A stretch of DNA of 64,000 nucleotides from Dehalococcoidia bacterium (GTDB lineage Bacteria; Chloroflexota; Dehalococcoidia; Bin125). Within the stretch, counting starts at the first letter, position 1, and every line of letters begins with the position of its first letter. Where the stretch lies: NCBI GenBank assembly GCA_963662615.2, contig CAXXSR010000001.1, positions 1,504,001 to 1,568,000 of the forward strand. Direction: 5' to 3'. The position numbers were made by a program, and so were the translations under genes. Below the pieces are notes generated by a model. That model did not search any database, was not told the DNA's origin, and worked only from the letters and a program-made list of their open reading frames with translations. Shown here one piece after another: positions 10,259 through 20,378 of this stretch.

Positions 10259-12337
10259 ATGGCCAGCGTGGAAACCGCGCAGATCCGCAATGTGGTCCTG
10301 ATGTCCCATGGCGGTGCCGGCAAGACCTCGCTCGTGGAGGTGCTGGCCTTCGGCGCCGGCGCCATCTCGCGCAAGGGCAGCGTGGAAGACGGCAACACGG
10401 TGGCGGATTTCGACCCCGAAGAGCGCCAGCGCGGCATGAGCATCAGCACCGCTGTGGTCTCCTTCGACTATCAGGGCACGCGCCTCAATCTCATCGACAC
10501 GCCCGGCTACGCCGACTTCATTGGCGAGCTGCTCTCGGGGGTGAGCGCCGCCGACAGCGCGCTGATCCTCATTGATGCCGCGGCCGGCGTGCAGGTGGGC
10601 TCGGAGACGGCCTGGCGTGTCGCCACGGAGCGCAGCATGCCGCGGGCCCTGGCGGTGAACCGCCTGGATCGCGAGAACGTGGACTGGGAGCGGCTGCTGA
10701 GCGGGATCCAGGAGACCCTGGGCCGGCAGTGCCAGCCCCTGCAGCTGCCCATTGGCATTGAGCACGAATTCGAGGGCGTGGTCGACGTGCTGGCCGAGAC
10801 GGCCTATCGCGGCGACGGCACGGACTCCTCCGCCGTTCCCCCCGAGATGGCGGACGCCGTAGCGGCCGCGCGCGACGCCCTCATTGAGCGCATCGCTGAG
10901 GCCAACGATGATCTCACGCTCAAGTTTCTGGAAGGCGAGGAGCTGACGCCGGAGGAACTCAGCAGCGGCCTCAAGCGGGCGATCATCGCCGGGACGCTGG
11001 TCCCTATCGTCTGCGCCGCTGCAACCAAGCCGATCGGCACCCTGCCGCTGCTGCGGTTCATCGCCGAGCAGCTCCCCAGCCCCCTCGACGTGCGGCCGCT
11101 GACCGCCATCGTCGCCGGCGAGCAGAAGGAACTCCCCGTCGACCCTTCCGGCCCTCCCACGGCCATGATCTTCAAGACCACCGCCGACGAATTTGTGGGC
11201 CGGCTCAGCTATCTGCGCACCTCCAGCGGCACCATCAAGGCGGACATGCACCTCCACAACGTGCAGAAGAACAAAGACGAGCGGCTGGCCAACCTGTCCC
11301 ATGTCTTCGGCAAGGAGCTGCGGCCCGTGGGCGACCTGGCGCCGGGTGACATTGGCGCGGTCACCAAGCTCGCCGCCTCCAGGACGTTTGATACCCTCTG
11401 CGACAAGGCGAACCCCGTCGTCGTGCCCCCGCCGGCCCTCCCCCTTCCCGTCTTCTCCGCCGCCATCACTCCCAAGACCAAAACCGACGTGGACAAGCTG
11501 GGCCCCGCCCTGCAGCGGTTGGTGGAAGAAGATCTCACCCTGAAGATCGAGCGCGACGCCGACAGCGGCGCCATGATCTTGAGCGGGCTGGGGGAATCGC
11601 ACGTGGACCTGGCGGCGGAGCGGCTGCGGCGGAAATTCAAGGTGGAGGTGGACATCCACGACCGTCGCGTGCCCTACCGCGAGACGATCACCGCCACGGC
11701 GCGGGCCGAGTACCTGCACAAGAAGCAGAGCGGCGGCCACGGCCAGTACGCGCGCGTCGCCATACGGGTGGAGCCCATGAACCGGGGCGACGGCGTCGCC
11801 TTCGCCAGCGAGGTTTCCGGCGGCAACGTCCCCCGACAATACATTCCCGCCGTGGAGAAAGGCGTGCACGAGTCGTTGCCGGAAGGGGTGATGGCCCGCT
11901 ACCCCGTCACCGATATCCGCGTGGTCCTCATCGATGGCAAGCACCACGACGTGGACTCCAGTGAGATGGCCTTCAGACTCGCCGCCACGCAGGCCCTCCG
12001 AGAAGCGACGCAGAAGGCCCGGCCCATTCTCCTGGAACCGATCATGAGCTATCGCATCACCATCCCCGAAACCGTCACCGGCGACGTGATCAGCGACCTC
12101 AACAGCCGCCGCGCCCGCGTCCTGGGCATGGAGCCGGCGGCGGGCCACCTGGGCGCCACGACCGTCAGCGCGGAGGGGCCCATGGCGGAGTTCCTCCACT
12201 ACGCCACGGACCTCCGCTCCATCAGCGCCGGTCGGGGCACATTCAGCTTTGAATTCACGCGCTACGACCCCGTGCCGGCCCATGTGGCACAGAAGGTGGT
12301 GGAGAAGGCCAAGGCCGCGGCGGAAGCGACGGGCTAG
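10259..12337 (+). CDS. Elongation factor G-like GTPase (EF-G2 type)
   Basis: Five-domain EF-G architecture with divergent motifs: SHGGAGKTS, RGMSI, DTPGYADF, NRLD; also 'KKQSGGHGQY' and 'HDVDSSEMAF'. Confidence 0.9.
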   Translation: MASVETAQIRNVVLMSHGGAGKTSLVEVLAFGAGAISRKGSVEDGNTVADFDPEERQRGMSISTAVVSFDYQGTRLNLIDTPGYADFIGELLSGVSAADSALILIDAAAGVQVGSETAWRVATERSMPRALAVNRLDRENVDWERLLSGIQETLGRQCQPLQLPIGIEHEFEGVVDVLAETAYRGDGTDSSAVPPEMADAVAAARDALIERIAEANDDLTLKFLEGEELTPEELSSGLKRAIIAGTLVPIVCAAATKPIGTLPLLRFIAEQLPSPLDVRPLTAIVAGEQKELPVDPSGPPTAMIFKTTADEFVGRLSYLRTSSGTIKADMHLHNVQKNKDERLANLSHVFGKELRPVGDLAPGDIGAVTKLAASRTFDTLCDKANPVVVPPPALPLPVFSAAITPKTKTDVDKLGPALQRLVEEDLTLKIERDADSGAMILSGLGESHVDLAAERLRRKFKVEVDIHDRRVPYRETITATARAEYLHKKQSGGHGQYARVAIRVEPMNRGDGVAFASEVSGGNVPRQYIPAVEKGVHESLPEGVMARYPVTDIRVVLIDGKHHDVDSSEMAFRLAATQALREATQKARPILLEPIMSYRITIPETVTGDVISDLNSRRARVLGMEPAAGHLGATTVSAEGPMAEFLHYATDLRSISAGRGTFSFEFTRYDPVPAHVAQKVVEKAKAAAEATG

Positions 12338-12412
12338 GGGCCCGCCGGCCCATGTTCCCCCTCACCTCTGCCGTCGCCACCGGCGCACAGGCGAGCGATG
12401 CCCGCCGGCGTC

Positions 12413-12682
12413 CTACTCGGCCCTCGTAAAGTGGAGCCAGGCCCCCTCGGTCCAGCCTCCCTGCAAGCCGACGGAGCTCGCCACCGGCACGATGCTCGCG
12501 AGTCGCAGCCCCTGACTCGCCATCTCGTCGCACGCCTCGTTCATCTCTTGCGCCAGCCGCTCGCGCCACTCTCGTTCGGGCTCGTGTCGGACGCCGCCGA
12601 AGAAGCGTCGGAAATGACGGGACCGCCGGCCCGTGCCGACCCAGATCACCCGGTCTACCGGCCCTGCTTCGGTTGCCGCCAT
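12413..12682 (-). CDS. Small hypothetical protein (DUF4177-like layout)
   Basis: Strong SD upstream; 'MNEACDEMASQGLRLASIVPV...WLHFTR' pattern. The family assignment is tentative. Confidence 0.55.
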   Translation of the reverse strand: MAATEAGPVDRVIWVGTGRRSRHFRRFFGGVRHEPEREWRERLAQEMNEACDEMASQGLRLASIVPVASSVGLQGGWTEGAWLHFTRAE

Positions 12683-12880
12683 CTCTCCCTCTTCTCCGTA
12701 GGTTGGGGCTCCGCGGACGCCGCGTCAGAGGGCGACCCGCGCCACGGACGCGATAATGACTGACGGGAGTCGCCGCGGCGCTGGCCTACACTGTCGCTGG
12801 CGGCGATGCGCTGCGCCAGGATCGTGCCGCGGCGCAGGCGTGACGCCGCGCCCGCGCTCTCTAGGAGATCACAGGGCGAT

Positions 12881-14131
12881 ATGAGGATTCGCTGCGTCGC
12901 TGGAGCTGGAGCGCTGCTGGCGGCCGGGGCGTTCCTGCTCGCCGGCTGTGGCGGCGACGACGGCCCTCCGGCGCCGGCGCAGGTCGCGGATCTCCCGCCC
13001 CCCATCGCTACAGCCGACCGCGCCGCAGATCCACAGCCCGAGCCAGCGGTCACGCTGGACCCGCCCCGCGAGCCAACGGCCGCGGCTGACGTCTCGGCTT
13101 CGCAGGACGAGCCCACGCCCTCTACCAACACTGCAGCGGCGGCGGCCGGTCCCGCGGCGCCCGTTGACGAGCCCACGCCCCCCACCGTCGCGGCGGCGGC
13201 GGCGGCCGGTCCCGTGGCGCCGGTTGACGATCCGCCCAACGTAGACAGCGAACAAGCGCCTGAGGCGCCGGCAGCCCAGCCACTAGTCAAGACCGTCGTC
13301 CTCGACCCCGGCCATGGCGGCGACGATCCCGGCGCGGCCGCCTTCGGCGTCGTTGAGCGCGAGTCCAATCTCGATATGGCGCTCCGCGTCGAGCGGCTTC
13401 TCGTTGGGGACGGCATCCGCGTGATCCTCACCCGACATGATGAGGGCCGCGTCACCACACCCGACGCCGCCCTCTCCGAGAGCGGCACGGCTTTCCTGGA
13501 AGCGATCGCGGAGCGCTTCGGCCGCGACAACGTCCGCCTGCGCAGCTTTGCCGTCCGTCGCGCCGACCTGCAGGCCCGCGTCGATATCGCCAATGCGGAG
13601 GGCGCCGACCTCTTCGTCTCGATCCATTCCAACGGCTCGCCCATCGCGCGCCAAGCCGGCGTTGAGGTCTGGTACGACCCCAATCGCCCCTTCTCGGCGG
13701 ACAACCTGGTGCTGGCTCAGGCGCTCCAGCGCCGGGTGGTGGCGGAACTGAGCGCGTACGGCTACACCCCCGCCGACCGCGGCGTGATGGACGACTCTTG
13801 CTGGCGCTTCTCGGAGCAGGCGGGGCAGTGCTTCCCGCTCTTCGTCCTTGGCCCCGCGCGCGTCATCCTGCGCGACGATCTCCGGCGATTCGAGCTGGAT
13901 CCGGCGGCGCTGGGCCTGCCGCCGGATCAGGAGATCGTCTACGTCCCCCGCGCCACGCAGATGCCGGCCGCGTTGGTGGAGCTGCTCTTCATCAGCAACG
14001 AGGACGAAGCCGCGCTGTTGCGTGACGACGCCGCCCGCGACGCTGCCGCCCGCGGCGTCGCTGAGGCGATCAGGGAGTTCCTGCAGAGCCCCAAGGAGAC
14101 GGACGCGGCGCCGGCGAACGCCTCCGGCTAG
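12881..14131 (+). CDS. Lipoprotein N-acetylmuramoyl-L-alanine amidase (Amidase_3)
   Basis: Lipobox LLAGC, Pro/Ala-rich stalk, 'VVLDPGHGG', 'LFVSIHSN', 'MPAALVELLFISN'. Confidence 0.9.
   Translation: MRIRCVAGAGALLAAGAFLLAGCGGDDGPPAPAQVADLPPPIATADRAADPQPEPAVTLDPPREPTAAADVSASQDEPTPSTNTAAAAAGPAAPVDEPTPPTVAAAAAAGPVAPVDDPPNVDSEQAPEAPAAQPLVKTVVLDPGHGGDDPGAAAFGVVERESNLDMALRVERLLVGDGIRVILTRHDEGRVTTPDAALSESGTAFLEAIAERFGRDNVRLRSFAVRRADLQARVDIANAEGADLFVSIHSNGSPIARQAGVEVWYDPNRPFSADNLVLAQALQRRVVAELSAYGYTPADRGVMDDSCWRFSEQAGQCFPLFVLGPARVILRDDLRRFELDPAALGLPPDQEIVYVPRATQMPAALVELLFISNEDEAALLRDDAARDAAARGVAEAIREFLQSPKETDAAPANASG
13106..13232 (+). repeat. Intragenic 60-bp (20-aa) tandem repeat in the amidase stalk
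   Basis: DEPTPSTNTAAAAAGPAAPV / DEPTPPTVAAAAAAGPVAPV / DD. Confidence 0.8.
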
Positions 14132-14171
14132 CGGGCCAGAGCCGGTGCAGGCGGCGGCGCGGCCCGTGCCC

Positions 14172-14546
14172 CTACCCGTCGATGATCACGTGCTCCTCTC
14201 CCAACCAGGCGCGGCAGCCCGGGAGGTCCAGGAAGTTGGGCTCATCCTCCATCAGCATCTGCGTGGCCGCCTGCCCTTCGGGGGTCGCGTGGCCGGCGCG
14301 GAACTGCTCCATGCTGTCGTACCAGACCTCCGCCAGGCCGTCGTACGCCTCCTCCATCCCGCGCAGCTTCGCCATCCGCTCGTTCACCTCGTCATAGGCG
14401 GTGTGGACCTGCACGTACCGCCTGACCCCGAAGGGGCCGGCCGCTTTCGCCTTCACCAGCGGCGCATGCTCCTCCAGCCAGTAGCGCTGGCACTCGGCCC
14501 GCGTCATGCCGGGCTTCCGCCGCATCAGGAAAATAAGCTTGATCAC
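14172..14546 (-). CDS. EthD-domain protein
   Basis: 'RKPGMTRAECQRYWLEEHAPLV', 'YDGLAEVWYDS', 'DEPNFLD'. Confidence 0.9.
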   Translation of the reverse strand: MIKLIFLMRRKPGMTRAECQRYWLEEHAPLVKAKAAGPFGVRRYVQVHTAYDEVNERMAKLRGMEEAYDGLAEVWYDSMEQFRAGHATPEGQAATQMLMEDEPNFLDLPGCRAWLGEEHVIIDG

Positions 14547-14680
14547 GTCATGCCTCCGTCAGCTACAAGGGAACTGCCGCTGCCATGCCGGGGGCATGCT
14601 AGCAAGGAGGCGCGTCCGGCCTGCGGGTCGACCGGAGCGCCCGCGCAACACCGCCGTCGTGGACGCGCAGACGCCGGCGC

Positions 14681-15417
14681 CTAGAGGATCTCGAATTGCA
14701 TCTCCACCCTGACGATGATGTCGTCCGTGCCGGTGAAGATCGGCGTCGCGAACCCCACGTCCGGCGCGGCTTCGAAGGGGACCGCGAACGGGGTAGCGAA
14801 CCCCACTTCGCGGATGGAGATCGCCCGGCCCAGCACCACGCCGGCTCGGGCGGCCATGGCCTCAGCCTTGGCAATGGCGTCGTCAATGGCGGAGAGCCGG
14901 GCCCGATCCTCCAGGGCGGAGCGGTTGCTGACCTGGAAGGCGATGTTGCCCAAGCTCACGAGGTCGCCGCCCGCGCTCACCGCCCTGTCGATGACGGGGC
15001 CGACGCTGTCGGTGTCGCGCACCGTGACGCGGATGCTGTTGCTGAAGCGGAACCCCACCAGGATGCGCCGGCTGAGGGCGAATTCGTACTCCGGCCGCAA
15101 AGAGACGTTGGTCGTGCGGATGTCCTTCACGGCGACGCCCTCCGCGATGACGGCGTCGATCACATCGTTCATCGCGTTGCTCGCCGTCGTGATCGCCTGG
15201 ACGGCGCCCAGCTCCAGCGCGCTCACCGTGATGTCGATCGTCGCCTCGTCGGGCGTCGCCGTGACGGTCGCGGATCCGGTGACGAAGAGCGCGCCCGGCT
15301 CGACCGGCTCGACCGTTTGCGCCTGGGCGCGGCCGCCGCCCCCAAGCGACAGCAGCAAGCCGCCTACGACGGCGAGCGCCGCCACCACTGCAGTAATTCC
15401 AGCGAGTCGATTTTCAT
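14681..15417 (-). CDS. SIMPL (DUF541) domain secreted protein, with an apparent 1-nt deletion in codon 3
   Basis: 'VTGSATVTATPDEATI', 'AIDDAIAKAEAMAARAGVVLG'. SD GGGAGG plus ATG at 15417 is out of frame by one base at an A4 run (15411-15414); adding one A gives the signal peptide MKNRLAGITAVVAAL. In-frame GTG at 15388. Confidence 0.85.
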
Positions 15418-15600
15418 CGTGTTCCTCCCGCCCGTTTCGGGCTCTGTGTAGCTAGACGCCGGCAGAGGCCGTTCTGTTCCTGGCCTCCGGCGTCGCGGCG
15501 AACAGACGCGAGGCTAGGGCTGAAAGCAGATCCGGGGAAGAGCGTCAGGGGCCGTGCGCCAGCCGAAGCGACGCGTACCGGCGGCAAGCGACGCCCGGAA

Positions 15601-16884
15601 CTACTCCGCGACAACCCGCAGCCAGCGCCGAGTCCCCACCTTGATCACACTGCCGGGCTTGAGCCTGACTTCGGCCGCACCCTCAGTGCTGCCGTCCAGT
15701 TCCACCGACCCCTGCTTGAGGAGCCGTTTGACCTCACTCTTACTGCTTACGACGCCCGCGCTGGTCAGCAGCTCGGGCAGCGAGACAGCGGCCAGTTCGC
15801 CTTCGAATGGCACTGCGATCTCGGGAATATCATCCGGGACCTCACCGCCCGAAAACACACGAGCGAAGTTTTGCGAAGCCGCGTCCGCCGCCACCTCCCC
15901 GTGCCACTCCGACACGATGACGTGCGCCAGCCGCTTCTTCGCCTCCATGGGGTGGAGCGTGCCGTCGTGGCGCGCCTTCTCGACCGCGTCCACCTCGTCG
16001 GCGGGCAGATTGGTGGCCAGCGTGAAGAATTCGCTGAGGGCGCCGTCCGGGATCGACATCGTCTTGCCGTACTGCTCGTCGGGCGGCTCGTTGATGGCGA
16101 TGTGGTTGCCGGCGCTCTTCGACATCCGCTCCTTGCCGTCCAGGCCAACCAGGATCGGAAAGGTCACCACGATCTGCGCTCGCTGGCCGTAGGCGCGTTG
16201 CAGGATTCGCCCCGCCATGATGTTGAACGTCTGGTCGGTCCCGCCGATCTGCACGTCCGTCTCCAGCGCGTAGGCGTCGTAGGCCTGCATGAGGCCGTAC
16301 ATGAACTCGTGCACGTAGACGGGGTCGCCACGGTCCAGCCGCTTGCGAAACGTGTCGCGCTCAATGAACTGTGCCACGGTGAACTTGCTGGCCAGCCCGA
16401 TCACGTCCTGGAAGGTCAGCGCGCTCAGCCACTCGCTGTTGCGGCGCACTTCGGTGCGGTCCCGGTCGAGCACCTTGAACGCCTGTTCCTGGTAGGTACG
16501 CGCGTTCTCCGCCAGCGTGGCCGCCGTCAGCATGGGTCGCAGCGACTCCTTGTCGGACGGATCGCCCACCAGCCCGGTGAAGTCACCGATGAGCAAGATC
16601 GCCTGGTGCCCCAGATCCTGGAATGTGCGCAGCTTGCGCAGGCCCACGCAATGGCCCAGGTGGAGGTCGGGAGCAGTAGGATCGACGCCGAGGTACACGC
16701 GCAGCGGCTGCCCGCTCTGAAGCGACTCCGCCAGCCGCTCCCGCAGCTCCCGCTGCATGGTGGCGCGTGTCTGCTCGTCCCCGAAGGCGGTGCCGCGCAT
16801 GATCGCCGCCTGCTGGCGGTCCACTTCGCGGGCTTGCGCCGGCGACAGCGAGGGATCGGGCAGGGGGCGGTCGCCCGCCGTCAC
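15601..16884 (-). CDS. tyrS: Tyrosine--tRNA ligase
   Basis: 'YLGVDPTAPDLHLGH', 'GGTDQTFN', 'RMSKS', C-terminal S4 domain. Confidence 0.97.
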   Translation of the reverse strand: MTAGDRPLPDPSLSPAQAREVDRQQAAIMRGTAFGDEQTRATMQRELRERLAESLQSGQPLRVYLGVDPTAPDLHLGHCVGLRKLRTFQDLGHQAILLIGDFTGLVGDPSDKESLRPMLTAATLAENARTYQEQAFKVLDRDRTEVRRNSEWLSALTFQDVIGLASKFTVAQFIERDTFRKRLDRGDPVYVHEFMYGLMQAYDAYALETDVQIGGTDQTFNIMAGRILQRAYGQRAQIVVTFPILVGLDGKERMSKSAGNHIAINEPPDEQYGKTMSIPDGALSEFFTLATNLPADEVDAVEKARHDGTLHPMEAKKRLAHVIVSEWHGEVAADAASQNFARVFSGGEVPDDIPEIAVPFEGELAAVSLPELLTSAGVVSSKSEVKRLLKQGSVELDGSTEGAAEVRLKPGSVIKVGTRRWLRVVAE

Positions 16885-17840
16885 GGCGCCGAACTCTCCG
16901 CCGTGAGCGAAGTCAACTCCGCGCGAGCAGCATCGCAGTCCTTGCGGATCTGCGCCTTGAGCGCGTCAGGCCCGTCGAACTTGACCTCGCCGCGCAGCCG
17001 ACGGGTCAGCTCCACCCGCAGGTCACGGCCGTAGAGATCGCCCTCAAAGTCCAGCAGGTGACACTCCACGGTCATGGCGTCGCCTTCGCCGAAGGTCGGC
17101 CGCACGCCGATGTTCGTGACGGAGGGGTAGGTGCGCCCGCCGACATGCGCGATCGTCGCGTAGACACCGGCGGCCGGAAGGGCGCGATCCGCCCCCACGG
17201 CGACGTTCGCCGTGGGAAAGCCAATCGAACGGCCCCGCTCCAGGCCCAGGACCACAGGGCCGTGCAGCGAGAAGCGCCGGCCCAACAGGGAACTGACGCG
17301 GCCGATGTCGCCGGTTGCCAGAGCGCCGCGGATGTCGGTGGAGGAGACCCGCCCGGAATCATCCTGGAGGAACTCGATCACCTCCACGCCAAAGCCCAGC
17401 TCGTCGCCGAGCGCCCGCAGCGTCGCCACGTCGCCGCCGCGCCCGCGGCCCAAAGCGAAGTCCGGGCCCACCACCAGCAGCGCCAGCTGCAGCTCTTCTT
17501 TCAGCAGGCGCACGAAATCCGGCGCGTCCGACTGCGCCAGCTCGGAGGTGAACGTCACCTGCGCCACGCTCGCCACGCCGCTGTGCATCAGCAGGTCCAG
17601 CCGATCCTCCAGGCTGGTGAGGTACTGCAGGGGGAGATCGGGGCGGATGACTTGGCGCGGGTTGGGGTGGAAGGTGACGACGACGGCCGCGAGGCTGTCG
17701 CGATCGGCGCGGGCGCGCAACCGTTCCAGGAGCGCCTGATGCCCGCGATGGACACCGTCGAAGACGCCGATCGTCACCGCCGTGGGGCGCCCCACCGCCG
17801 CGCGGCGCAGCTCTTCTCGAGCCAGCGCGGTGACCACCAA
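16881..17840 (-). CDS. ribF: Bifunctional riboflavin kinase/FAD synthetase
   Basis: 'IGVFDGVHRGH', 'VSSTDIR', 'IGFPTAN', 'NIGVRPTF'. Confidence 0.96.
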   Translation of the reverse strand: MVVTALAREELRRAAVGRPTAVTIGVFDGVHRGHQALLERLRARADRDSLAAVVVTFHPNPRQVIRPDLPLQYLTSLEDRLDLLMHSGVASVAQVTFTSELAQSDAPDFVRLLKEELQLALLVVGPDFALGRGRGGDVATLRALGDELGFGVEVIEFLQDDSGRVSSTDIRGALATGDIGRVSSLLGRRFSLHGPVVLGLERGRSIGFPTANVAVGADRALPAAGVYATIAHVGGRTYPSVTNIGVRPTFGEGDAMTVECHLLDFEGDLYGRDLRVELTRRLRGEVKFDGPDALKAQIRKDCDAARAELTSLTAESSAP

Positions 17841-17905
17841 TCGGCTCTCCGCCAGAACCGCGCCTACGGACGCGGGCTCAGCCTACCACGGCGTCTGGGC
17901 GCGAC

Positions 17906-18670
17906 TCAGTCAGCGCCACCGACCCGCGCCGCGCTTGCCTTCGGCACGACGAGGATGTCGCCATACACCTCGGCCTGTCGCATCTCAATCTCGCGTGATT
18001 TGTACATCTCCAAGATCGCCAGGAACGTCACGATGACGTCCACTCGCGTCCGCGCTTCCGCGATCCAGGCGCGGAAGGAGACGGGTTGGCCACCACGCAG
18101 CCGTCGCTGGAGATCCGCGATCTTGTCCTTGACGGTGAGCGGTTCGCGCTCAAGCTTGACCTCGGGGGCACGTTTCGCCTGCTGGTCGGCGCGAGCGAGC
18201 GCCTCGCGCACCAGCTTGCTGAGGAGGTCCAGCGTGACGGAGTCGGGCAGGCCCGCCGGCGGCGCCGTCTGCACGGGAGGCGGCGCTCCCGGCCGGAATG
18301 AGCGGAGCCCGCTGCGGTCAATGGTGCCCAACACAGTCACCGTCTCCCGGTAGCGGCGGTACTCCTCCAGCATCTCCACCAGCTCGCGGCCAACGTCGTC
18401 GTCGTCCTCCTCCAGCGAGTCGGACTCCACTTCGCGCGGGAGCATGGCCCGCGACTTCAGCAACATGAGCTTGCCGCCGATGACGATGAACTCGCCCAGA
18501 GAGTCGGCGAGGTCGCCCGCGCCCCGCGCCTTCAACTGCTCCATGTGCTCCATGTACTGATCCGTGACCTGAACCAGCGAGAGCTCGGAAACGTCCAGCT
18601 CCTTCTCTTCAATGAGCTGAAGCAGCAGCGCGAGCGGGCCATCATAGCCGGGCAGGTGGAGCTGCACCAT
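17906..18670 (-). CDS. scpA: Segregation and condensation protein A
   Basis: 'YDGPLALLLQLIE', 'LLKSRAMLP', 'IVTFLAILEM...QAEVYGDI'. ATG at 18670. Confidence 0.9.
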   Translation of the reverse strand: MVQLHLPGYDGPLALLLQLIEEKELDVSELSLVQVTDQYMEHMEQLKARGAGDLADSLGEFIVIGGKLMLLKSRAMLPREVESDSLEEDDDDVGRELVEMLEEYRRYRETVTVLGTIDRSGLRSFRPGAPPPVQTAPPAGLPDSVTLDLLSKLVREALARADQQAKRAPEVKLEREPLTVKDKIADLQRRLRGGQPVSFRAWIAEARTRVDVIVTFLAILEMYKSREIEMRQAEVYGDILVVPKASAARVGGAD

Positions 18671-18764
18671 CCTTCTGAGGGTACACGCTGCCTGCGGCGA
18701 CCGCCCCTTCCTGGCGGCGGCAGCGCCGCCCGCTTTTGTGGCTGCGAGCCCCGGGCGGCGCCGG

Positions 18765-19814
18765 CTACGCCCTGGCGCCCGCCAGCGGCCGCGGCGCAAG
18801 CGACCGCCCCAACACCTCCGCGATCGGCTGCAGGCCGCCCATGAGACGGTCGAAGTTCTCGAAGGTGAGCGACTGCGCCCCGTCGGAGAGGGCGTGGTCG
18901 GGGCTGGGGTGCACCTCCACCATGATGCCGTCGGCGCCCACAGCCACCGACGCCCTGGCCATGGGCTCGACGAGCTGCCAGCGGCCGGTGCCGTGGCTGG
19001 GGTCGCTGATCACGGGCAGGTGGCTGAGCCCCTTCACCAGGGCAATGCCGGCAAGGTCCAGCGTGTTGCGCGTCGCGGTCTCGAACGTGCGGATCCCGCG
19101 CTCGCAGAGGATCACCTCGTGATTGCCCTTGGACATGACGTACTCGGCGGCAAGGAGCCACTCCTCAATGGTGCCGCTGAGGCCACGTTTCAGCATGACG
19201 GGCTTGCGCACCATCCCCACCTCATCCAGCAGGACGAAGTTCTGCATGTTGCGCGCGCCGACCTGGAGAATGTCGGCGTAGCTTGCCACCAGGCCCACGT
19301 CGCTGACGGCCATGACCTCCGTGATGACCGGCAGCCCGGTCTCGTCGCGGGCGGTGGCGAGGTGCTTCAGCCCTTCTTCGCCCAGTCCGCGGAAGGCGTA
19401 GGGCGAGGTGCGCGGCTTGAAAGCGCCGCCGCGGAGGACATGCGCCCCCGACGCGGCGACCGCCTTCGCCGTCTCGACCAGCTGCTCTTCGCTCTCAATG
19501 CTGCACGGGCCGGCCATGACCACGACGCGGCCGTCGCCAATGCGCACTCCCCCCACTTCAATCACGGTGTCGCTCGGTTTGAACTCGCGGCCGGAGAGCT
19601 TGTAGGGCCGGCTGATCGGGACCACCGAGTCAACACCGCGCATGGTGCCAATGGCGGTGCGGATCTCGGGATCCGTCACCCGTCCCACGGCGCCAATCAC
19701 CGTGCGCTCCGCCCCGGCGGACAGGTGGCCTTGGAGGTTGGCCTCCTTGAGCCGCGCCAGGACGGACTCAATCTCAGCCTCGGTCGCGTCGGTTCGCATG
19801 ACAACGAGCATCAA
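18765..19814 (-). CDS. aroF: 3-deoxy-7-phosphoheptulonate synthase (type Ibeta, N-terminal ACT-like regulatory domain)
   Basis: 'MAGPCSIES', '[12 protein letters not shown]', '[10 protein letters not shown]', 'DPSHGTG'. Confidence 0.95.
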   Translation of the reverse strand: MMLVVMRTDATEAEIESVLARLKEANLQGHLSAGAERTVIGAVGRVTDPEIRTAIGTMRGVDSVVPISRPYKLSGREFKPSDTVIEVGGVRIGDGRVVVMAGPCSIESEEQLVETAKAVAASGAHVLRGGAFKPRTSPYAFRGLGEEGLKHLATARDETGLPVITEVMAVSDVGLVASYADILQVGARNMQNFVLLDEVGMVRKPVMLKRGLSGTIEEWLLAAEYVMSKGNHEVILCERGIRTFETATRNTLDLAGIALVKGLSHLPVISDPSHGTGRWQLVEPMARASVAVGADGIMVEVHPSPDHALSDGAQSLTFENFDRLMGGLQPIAEVLGRSLAPRPLAGARA

Positions 19815-19826
19815 TAACCCTCGCTT

Positions 19827-20228
19827 TCAGTGGAGGTCGCGGTCGGCCTCCGCGACGTCCGGCCGCAGAACGGTGGCGCCGCGCAGGTAGACGTGGTGGA
19901 TCTGATCCTGCCGCCGTTGCGTGTTCACATGCAGAAGGATGCGCAAGCAGCGCCGGAGGCTGCCGGGGACGTCCATCTCGTGGGAGCAGAGGAGAGCGAC
20001 GTTATCCCAGCCGAAGACGTCGCGGGCCGCCACGGCGGGAAACTCCGCATCCAGGTCCCGCGTGGTGCTGAACCAGGCGGAGGCGATGTCATCGCGCTCG
20101 ACGCTGTTGCGCCGGATCATCTCCGCCAACAGGTCGCGCGTCGCGGCCAGGATGGCCTCTCGCGTGTTCTGCTCTGCTGTCGTCGCGCCACGGATGCCGC
20201 GGACGCGCCAAGCGGCGGCCTCTGCCAC
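19827..20228 (-). CDS. aroH: Chorismate mutase, AroH class
   Basis: 'VRGIRGATT', 'FPAVAAR', '[13 protein letters not shown]'. Confidence 0.95.
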   Translation of the reverse strand: MAEAAAWRVRGIRGATTAEQNTREAILAATRDLLAEMIRRNSVERDDIASAWFSTTRDLDAEFPAVAARDVFGWDNVALLCSHEMDVPGSLRRCLRILLHVNTQRRQDQIHHVYLRGATVLRPDVAEADRDLH

Positions 20229-20378
20229 GGTTTGCTTGCCTCAGCCTCTGTGTCGAACGGAACGGCCGGCGTCCTTCGCCGTGGAAGGACGATCTACGAG
20301 CGACCGGCCCAAACGGCCCGGCCGCGGAGGGATAGATCAGTGCGAGGGCGACGGTGCTCGAACGCTGTGGGCGAGGCA

